64,000 nt of DNA. Source: an uncultured Calditrichota bacterium (GTDB taxonomy: Bacteria; Calditrichota; Calditrichia; JAJRVZ01). This document shows, piece after piece, positions 57,678-64,000 of this stretch. Below the pieces are notes generated by a model. The model made no database searches and was not told the origin of the DNA. It saw only the letters and a program-made list of their open reading frames with translations. The DNA lies in contig CAZBBC010000008.1 in the NCBI GenBank assembly GCA_964489835.1, positions 10,992 through 74,991 on the forward strand. Reading direction: 5' to 3'. The position numbers and the translations under genes are program-made. The first letter of the stretch is position 1, and the number at the start of each line of letters is the position of its first letter.

Positions 57678-58643
57678 TTATGGATTAGGCTTCGACGTAT
57701 TATCCACATTTTCTTTAGTGACTAAATCGATGCCAACCGGGATTTCTTCCGGTATACTTTTTCCCTGTATTAGTTGAATCGCATTATTCATGGCAATTTT
57801 TCCCATGATATATGAGTGTTGGGCAATTGACCCTTGCATTTTTCCCTCCCGGATAGCATCTCGTGCATCCTTCAGGGCATCAAATCCAACAACGATGATC
57901 TCCCCGGTTTTTCCGGCAGCGGAAATAGCTTCAACAGCACCGAGGGCCATCAGATCACTACAGGCGAAAAGAGCCTGAACTCCTGGATATGACTGCATCA
58001 TATTTTGAAAAACATTAAATCCCTGATCTCTCTCCCAGTTGGCCGTCTGTGAGGTTAAAATTTGAATCTCCGGTTGTGAATCGAGGGCTTTACGAAATCC
58101 ACGTATTCTTGCATCACCGGTTTCGTGTCCCGGAATACCTTCCAAAATAGCCACGTTTCCCTTTCCATTGAGCAGACTCTTTATATATTCACCGGCAATC
58201 CGACCACCCTCATAATTATCAGATCCGATAAAAGTGGCAATTTGACCGCCGGATTCCGCTAATGCCACAGAATCTACACGGGTATCAATAATAATAACCG
58301 GTATATTTGCCCGGTTTGCTTTCAAAATAGCCGGTATAATTTCCTTTGAGCCACTCGGCGTTACACAAAGTACATCCACACGGGTCTGAATCAGATTCTC
58401 AACGATTTGCATTTGTTTTTCAACATCAACTTCCCGTTCAGCCGCCTGAAGGATCAGGTTGATGCCCAATTCTTTTGCCTGATATTCAGCGCCACTCTGC
58501 ATATCGATAAAATAAGGATTATTAAGCGTCTTCATGACCAGGGCTACGGTTGGTCCGCTTAGTACTGATTTTTCTCCTCTCTGGCAGGCTATGATTGAAA
58601 ATACGAAAAGTATTAGCACAAACAGACATTTGATGTGTTTCAT
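57678..58643 (-). CDS. Sugar ABC transporter periplasmic substrate-binding lipoprotein (RbsB-like). Start at MKHIKCLFVL; the track ORF extends to 58796.
   Basis: Signal/lipobox FSIIAC. TVALVMKTLNNPYFIDMQSGAEYQAKELGINL matches periplasmic-binding-protein type I (ribose/xylose family). Confidence 0.8.
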   Translation of the reverse strand: MKHIKCLFVLILFVFSIIACQRGEKSVLSGPTVALVMKTLNNPYFIDMQSGAEYQAKELGINLILQAAEREVDVEKQMQIVENLIQTRVDVLCVTPSGSKEIIPAILKANRANIPVIIIDTRVDSVALAESGGQIATFIGSDNYEGGRIAGEYIKSLLNGKGNVAILEGIPGHETGDARIRGFRKALDSQPEIQILTSQTANWERDQGFNVFQNMMQSYPGVQALFACSDLMALGAVEAISAAGKTGEIIVVGFDALKDARDAIREGKMQGSIAQHSYIMGKIAMNNAIQLIQGKSIPEEIPVGIDLVTKENVDNTSKPNP

Positions 58644-58764
58644 CGCTTTTAAACTCCATAGTTGATTATTATTTTGACAGGATAAGAGGAATACTCTCTT
58701 GCTGCCGATATTTCGGGAAAATCTTACAGATACATATGTAATAAACCGAAAATATTCATCTTGC

Positions 58765-58890
58765 AGAGACACGGAGACGCAGCGTTTTTTGTCCACGGAT
58801 TATCCGGCTTCGACGAAAAATCTGTTAATCAATTCGTGAAATTCGTGGATATATTTCTCTGCGGCTTTGCGGCTCTGCGAGAGATAGTAT
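58765..58890. repeat. Partial family A repeat (inverted) with CGTG dyad.
   Basis: cacggagacgcagcgttttttgtccacggattatccggcttcgacgaaaaatctgttaatcaattcgtgaaattcgtggat. The first part also resembles 36075 (cggagacgctgagacgc). Confidence 0.7.
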
Positions 58891-58971
58891 ATATCATAAA
58901 GTTTAGTGCCATTGGAAAAATTTTGCTTTATGTATTCTGTTTATCTTGTCTAATTTTTTTCTTATCAAAAT

Positions 58972-59919
58972 CTAACTTCTCTGCTTTTTGAGTGCCATAT
59001 CAACCAGCACGGCGATAATTATCACTGAACCTATGACTGTTTGCTGAACAAAAGAAGAAACGCCCAGTAAATTCAATCCATTTCGGAGTACTCCCATGAT
59101 CAACGCACCGATCAATGTTCCGAGGATCCTTCCTTCTCCACCCATCAAACTCGTTCCACCTATCACGGTCGCTGCAATGGCATCAAGTTCATACATAATG
59201 CCGGCGATTGGCTGGGCGGAATTCAACCGGGCGGTTAATATAATGGCGGCGACACCACTGAGCAGCCCGCACATACCATAAACCACTGTCTTATATAATT
59301 TTACATTTATGCCTGAAAGGGTCGCTGCTTCTTCATTACCGCCCATGGCATAGGTATATCGACCCAACTTAGTATGTGAAAGCACAAAATAGCCAATAAG
59401 ATAGACAACACCCATAATAATGACAGGCATGGGGATGCTTAATATCTCACCTGTTGCTAGAAAACGAAAATCTTCCGAAAATCCGGAAATCGGTCTTCCT
59501 TCTGTATACAATAATGCCGCTCCCCGGGCGACACTCATCATCCCTAATGTTGAGATAAATGGTGGTAAATTACCGTAAGTGATCAGGACTCCGTTTACTA
59601 CCCCGCATAACAAGCCGATCCCTAATCCAAGGAGTAAAGCCAAAGGAAGAGGTATTCCGGCATTCAAGGCACTTGCCAGAACAACACCGGCGAAGGCCAT
59701 TATCGATCCAACGGACAGATCAATACCAGCCGCAATAATGACGAAAGTCATTCCTACGGCAATAATGGCATTTATCGATGTTTGCTGGGTGATATTCAAA
59801 AGATTAGAAATGGTTAAAAAATGTGGCGTCATGATCCAGAGGATAATACATAAGATCAACAGGCCAATCAACGTTCCGAATTGTCGTGCATTGTGTAACA
59901 AAAAATCTCTATATCGCAT
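58972..59919 (-). CDS. Sugar ABC transporter permease (RbsC-like).
   Basis: 10 TM, typical branched-chain/ribose-type permease. 1-nt gap to the ATPase. Confidence 0.85.
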   Translation of the reverse strand: MRYRDFLLHNARQFGTLIGLLILCIILWIMTPHFLTISNLLNITQQTSINAIIAVGMTFVIIAAGIDLSVGSIMAFAGVVLASALNAGIPLPLALLLGLGIGLLCGVVNGVLITYGNLPPFISTLGMMSVARGAALLYTEGRPISGFSEDFRFLATGEILSIPMPVIIMGVVYLIGYFVLSHTKLGRYTYAMGGNEEAATLSGINVKLYKTVVYGMCGLLSGVAAIILTARLNSAQPIAGIMYELDAIAATVIGGTSLMGGEGRILGTLIGALIMGVLRNGLNLLGVSSFVQQTVIGSVIIIAVLVDMALKKQRS

Positions 59920-59920
59920 A

Positions 59921-61414
59921 TTAAGCCGCTCCTAACGCACTATGAAGAATTTTTTCCTGCGACGCCTCAGCAGAGAGATACTCATCAACAATTTTCCCTT
60001 CATGCATCACAAGGATTCGGTCACTCATTCCCAGAATCTCAGGCAAATCCGACGAAATCATCAGTATAGCGGCACCTTCAGCCGTCAAAGTGTTCATCAG
60101 CTGATAGATTTCCACCTTGGAACCGACATCAATCCCGCGGGTCGGTTCATCAAAAATGAGTATATCCGCCTTTGAGCAGAGCCATTTACTCATCACCACT
60201 TTTTGTTGATTACCACCACTTAAATACATTACTTTTTGATCCGGACCGGGTGTTTTGATCCTTAACTCGTTAATATATTTTTTTGCGGCTTCACGCTCTT
60301 TTTTACTTTCAACAATACCAAATCGGGAGAATCTTTCGACACTGGGTAAACAAACATTTTCCTTTAAAGAAAGGTTCAGCACAAGCCCTTGCTTCTTTCG
60401 ATCCTCTGTCAGATAACCGATCTTTAAATTAATCGCCTTACGGGGAGAAGTAATTTTCTGTGCTTTACCCTCCACATATATTTTACCAGAGTCGATTCTG
60501 TCAGCACCAAATATGGCACGGGCTAATTCCGTTCGGCCGGAACCAAGAAGACCGGCAATCCCTAATATCTCACCCTTATACAGGCAAAAACTAATATTTT
60601 TTAATCTTTTATGGGTACAAATATCTTCAACATGAAGGATTTCTTCACCTCTGGTAACGGCTTGTCGCGGATACTGTTCCTTTAACTCCCTGTTGACCAT
60701 CATCCGGATCAATTCCGCTTCAGTGACTTCAGAAATCAGATGGGTTGAAACATAATGTCCGTCGCGCAGTACCGTTACCCTGTCCCCGATTTCGAACAAC
60801 TCTTCCAGGCGATGGGAGATATAAATAATTGAAACACCTTTTTCTTTGAGTCGCCGGATAGTGGTGAAAAGTTCTTTAATTTCATTTTCACTCAGGGCAG
60901 AGGTTGGTTCATCCATGATCAATATATTGGCATTGAGAGACAGGGCCTTGGCCACTTCAACCATCTGTTGCTGGGCAATACCCAGCGTGTTGATGGTACT
61001 TTTTGGATCGATCTTGATACCAAGATCATCCAATATTTTCATGGCCTCAGTATTCATTTTCTTCTCATTAATAATCCCTGTCAACCAGTAAAACTCACGA
61101 CCAAGAAAAATATTCTCTGATACCGTCAGGTGAGGGATCAGATTAAACTCCTGATATATAATCCCTATACCTAATTGCTGGGCATGTCTGGGACTTTTTA
61201 CCTCTATTTTTTCACCATGCAGGGATATTTCACCGCTTGTTTTTTGATAGGCTCCGCTTAAAATTTTAACCAGTGTTGATTTTCCGGCACCGTTCTCACC
61301 AAGCAGGATATGTACCTCACCCCTTGTTAAATCAAAATTTACATTATCAAGGGCTACCACTCCGGGAAATGTTTTCCGGATATGGCGCATTTTTAGAACA
61401 TTTTCACTTTTCAT
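59921..61414 (-). CDS. Sugar ABC transporter ATP-binding protein (duplicated NBD, RbsA-like).
   Basis: Two Walker A motifs (GENGAGKST; second degenerate), LSGGNQQKV signature, two Walker B. 497 aa. Confidence 0.9.
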   Translation of the reverse strand: MKSENVLKMRHIRKTFPGVVALDNVNFDLTRGEVHILLGENGAGKSTLVKILSGAYQKTSGEISLHGEKIEVKSPRHAQQLGIGIIYQEFNLIPHLTVSENIFLGREFYWLTGIINEKKMNTEAMKILDDLGIKIDPKSTINTLGIAQQQMVEVAKALSLNANILIMDEPTSALSENEIKELFTTIRRLKEKGVSIIYISHRLEELFEIGDRVTVLRDGHYVSTHLISEVTEAELIRMMVNRELKEQYPRQAVTRGEEILHVEDICTHKRLKNISFCLYKGEILGIAGLLGSGRTELARAIFGADRIDSGKIYVEGKAQKITSPRKAINLKIGYLTEDRKKQGLVLNLSLKENVCLPSVERFSRFGIVESKKEREAAKKYINELRIKTPGPDQKVMYLSGGNQQKVVMSKWLCSKADILIFDEPTRGIDVGSKVEIYQLMNTLTAEGAAILMISSDLPEILGMSDRILVMHEGKIVDEYLSAEASQEKILHSALGAA

Positions 61415-61480
61415 TCGATAAAATTTGTGAGATTATATGTTATTCTAACCAAAAACTTTGTTATTTCCGCCCCAGCGATT

Positions 61481-61870
61481 AGCAAAAATTTTAAAAACTT
61501 TTATCCACGGATTTCACGGATTTTATTTAGCCTGAATTATTCATAAAATTAAATATTTAAGTCTATAAATAACCTAAAATCAATGAGTTAATTCCCCCTT
61601 AATAAAGGGGGTTAGGGGGATGTTTTAAACGTAATATTTTAAATTATATCAATGTTTTACAACCCCTTAGTCCCCTTTTTTTTAAGGGAAGACTTAATTG
61701 TCGCTATATGATAGATCTAAAATTCATGAATTAATCAGGTTAGAAATAATATTTATTTTAATTTTAATCCGTGCAAATCAGTGTCAGCCAATCACTTGAT
61801 CCGGCTTCGACGGATAATCCGTGGACAAAATCTTTTTTTTATCGCAGCATCGCTGCGTTATGTATTTATC
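61481..61870. repeat. Mosaic of all three repeat families in one spacer.
   Basis: ttatccacggatttcacggatt (CGTG dyad). aattcccccttaataaagggggttagggggat (family C). ttttaagggaagacttaattgtcgctatatgatagatctaaaattcatgaatta (family C module). 61762-61868 is a full family A copy (ttttaatccgtgcaaatcagtgtcagcc...cgacggataatccgtggacaaaatcttttttttatcgcagcatcgctgcgttatg). Confidence 0.85.
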
Positions 61871-61884
61871 AGGGTAATCCGGGG

Positions 61885-62694
61885 TCATCTTCGCCCGACA
61901 ATTTTTCTCATATTCTTAATCGTTTCCACTGCCGCAGTGTCAGAATCCGGATAAGGCAAAATCTCAGCTGAGACAAATCCGGTATAATTGATTTTTTCGA
62001 GACTATCGATAACGTTTTTAAAATCAATATGGCCGGCACCAGGATACCACCGGTTAGAATCGGCAATATGAAAATGGAAGAGATGCTTTTTAGCGGCAAT
62101 GATACTTTCGGTGATTGAGGGCTCTTCAATATTCATATGAAACGTATCGAGCAGAAGACCAACATTCTTCATATTTACTTTTTCTAGTATGCGCATACCA
62201 TCACCGACCGTATTGATCAGATTCGTTTCATACCGGTTAATTGGTTCAATGGCCAGCGGTACCGACGCATTTTCATCGGCACATTCCTGTAAAGCCTCTA
62301 TCAGCCAGGTTTCAGCCCGCTGATTTTCTGTTTCGGGCGTTCTTGTTCCGCGGATAAGCCCGATAATGACGGTGGTCTTTAGCAGATCTGCCAAATGCAC
62401 CTGTGATTTGATACGGTTAATCGCTTTTGTCCTAATATTGACATCCGCGTTTGTGAAGGACAATCCTTCTTCACCATAGGCCTGGCCGGTTCCCAGGGCC
62501 GGAACCGGCAGATCATTCACTGAGAGTAATGACTGTAATTCTTTTAAATTCAGAGATTCGGGATCACGTACGGCTAGTTCCACACCATCATAGCCCAGAT
62601 CTTTAATTTTCTTTATATTTTCAGCCATCTGGCCTTTGTAGGCTAAAGCGGAAAAGGATGCCGGTTGTACCGATAGGACAATACTCAATTTCAA
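61885..62694 (-). CDS. Sugar phosphate isomerase/epimerase (xylose-isomerase-like TIM barrel).
   Basis: 269 aa. LGYDGVEL..., metal-binding HxD...E...H...D...E pattern (VGLLLDTFHMNIEE, HFHIADSNR). Confidence 0.75.
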   Translation of the reverse strand: MKLSIVLSVQPASFSALAYKGQMAENIKKIKDLGYDGVELAVRDPESLNLKELQSLLSVNDLPVPALGTGQAYGEEGLSFTNADVNIRTKAINRIKSQVHLADLLKTTVIIGLIRGTRTPETENQRAETWLIEALQECADENASVPLAIEPINRYETNLINTVGDGMRILEKVNMKNVGLLLDTFHMNIEEPSITESIIAAKKHLFHFHIADSNRWYPGAGHIDFKNVIDSLEKINYTGFVSAEILPYPDSDTAAVETIKNMRKIVGRR

Positions 62695-62697
62695 CAG

Positions 62698-63792
62698 TTA
62701 TAGCCCCATTTTGTTGATCGCATATATCGGACGCCAACCTTTTGTAAAAGGTTCTTTCATAAAAGGTTCCATTTCAGATTCGGTTCTCATCGTCGTTTTT
62801 TCAATAGGAGGTACTTTACCGGCCGGGAATGCTTCCAATATTTCGTCATGCACCAGTGTTAAATAAGATAAAATCGCTGCAATCGTCCGTCTTGCTTTTT
62901 TCGCATCTCCAAGGGTTGGACGTCCCACAACCCCTTCCGGTATGGATCCCATCTCTGTAGGAAAATGACCCTGGCCTTCTGACCATTTACTGGGACGGGC
63001 AAAGGGATCCACGGCTTTGTCAAAATGTCCGTCGGGCAGATATCCCTCGACCTTTGTCTCTTCAGCGTGGTGCATCTCTACAAATTGGGGACCAAGCAGC
63101 AACATTACCGAGGTTTCGGCCTCATCGGCATGAACAAAATTATCATCCCAATCACCACCCCGGTCCTTGGTACGGAAAAATTCCCGAACAGCCCGATGCC
63201 AGTCGATGACACGAAAAATTCCCGGTAAATTCCATGTTTTTTGAAGCTCCTGAATCGCGGCCTCCAACAACCATTGATGTCCGTGATTGTTGATAAGGAT
63301 CATCTTCCGGAAACCATCATTCCAGAATCCTACCATAACATCAATAAGGATACGTTTGAGAACTTCATCTTCAATATGAATGGTCCCGGGCATACCGATA
63401 TGGTGATGCGGATGTCCGCCAAAATTAAGTGGTGTCCAGGTCAGATTAACCGCATTACCACGTTTTGCCGTAAATCGGCGCACACCCTCAAGAATTTGAG
63501 TGACCATGAAAGTATCAAGAGCCGTTACCGTATGCAAGCCGTGTAATTCGGTACAACCCACCGGAATAAATAATATATCGTTCCTTTTTCTGTTCTCGAC
63601 GACTTGATGCCGAATGGTGGTTTGTATATATGTACCCGGATTTCCAAGTTCCGGGGGGCTGGGGATTCCATAATCAGCGAGTATTTTCGTAATTTCATCC
63701 TCCGATGCTTCCCATATCTTCTTTTTTAAACGACCCACCGTTGTATCTTCAAAAAAAAGATCTTCCCGGTTTGTTTTTAACCACTTCTCCAT
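62698..63792 (-). CDS. Creatininase-family amidohydrolase.
   Basis: ILFIPVGCTELHGLH, NFGGHPHHHIGMPGTIHI, ILINNHGHQ and HADEAETSVML parallel the creatininase motifs (PVGxxEQHGPH, VNGHGGN, HAGExETS). Family assignment from memory. Confidence 0.55.
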   Translation of the reverse strand: MEKWLKTNREDLFFEDTTVGRLKKKIWEASEDEITKILADYGIPSPPELGNPGTYIQTTIRHQVVENRKRNDILFIPVGCTELHGLHTVTALDTFMVTQILEGVRRFTAKRGNAVNLTWTPLNFGGHPHHHIGMPGTIHIEDEVLKRILIDVMVGFWNDGFRKMILINNHGHQWLLEAAIQELQKTWNLPGIFRVIDWHRAVREFFRTKDRGGDWDDNFVHADEAETSVMLLLGPQFVEMHHAEETKVEGYLPDGHFDKAVDPFARPSKWSEGQGHFPTEMGSIPEGVVGRPTLGDAKKARRTIAAILSYLTLVHDEILEAFPAGKVPPIEKTTMRTESEMEPFMKEPFTKGWRPIYAINKMGL

Positions 63793-63830
63793 CGTTTTCC
63801 TCCGCTATTTTATTATTGACTTGATCTATT

Positions 63831-64000
63831 TATAAACCACGAAGCACACTAAGGACACGAAGTTAAAAAACAATTAAGAATTTAGAATTATAAATTTGAA
63901 CAAGAAGTAATAGGCGCTAACGTTATGTCATTAATATCTTCACATTCTTAATTCGTAATTTTTAATTCTTAATTTCGAGAAGACCTTCGTGTGCTTCGTG
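63831..64000. repeat. MITE-like element with CACGAAG terminal inverted repeats (may continue past window end).
   Basis: tataaaccacgaagcacactaaggacacgaagtt ... AT-rich interior ... gaagaccttcgtgtgcttcgtg. Left end is near-identical to 50621-50650. Confidence 0.75.

Overview
AT-rich (roughly 35-40% GC by eye) chromosomal segment of a Gram-negative, probably uncultivated FCB-superphylum-like bacterium. One protein carries a clear type IX secretion C-terminal sorting domain, yet genes use canonical AAGGAG-type Shine-Dalgarno sites, which is unusual for Bacteroidota proper. About 85% of coding is on the minus strand in long co-directional runs. Gene content is mostly housekeeping: purine biosynthesis (purQ, purS, purC, purB, purM) interleaved with phospholipid synthesis (pssA, psd, plsY, gpsA), plus htrA, transaldolase, truA, engB, trxA, apt, asnS, fbp, cstA, fadD-like, a tRNA-Arg(CCT), a TonB-dependent receptor with an HmuY-like lipoprotein, and an OPT transporter. 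A 13 kb carbohydrate-catabolic locus at about 51-63.8 kb contains an RbsABC-like ABC transporter, a 950-aa FAD/Fe-S/CCG oxidoreductase, a Zn-ADH, an MFS transporter, a PfkB kinase, a TIM-barrel isomerase and a creatininase-family protein. No transposase, integrase, CRISPR array or recognisable defence gene was found. The most unusual property is that almost every intergenic spacer of 250-600 bp is filled with short mosaic repeat elements from at least three interlocking families, carrying terminal inverted repeats, hairpins and a recurring CGTG dyad motif. Other candidates for undescribed biology are (i) a TPR-CsgG/LpoB-like periplasmic protein paired with a FadL/PorV-like beta-barrel, (ii) a TPR lipoprotein containing 13 perfect 15-bp tandem repeats, (iii) an orphan ArsA/GET3-family ATPase with a small partner ORF, and (iv) a gene-poor 1.2 kb island around tRNA-Arg with a tRNA-like fragment and odd short-period repeats. 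All calls are from reading the sequence and ORF translations by eye; no database search was possible.
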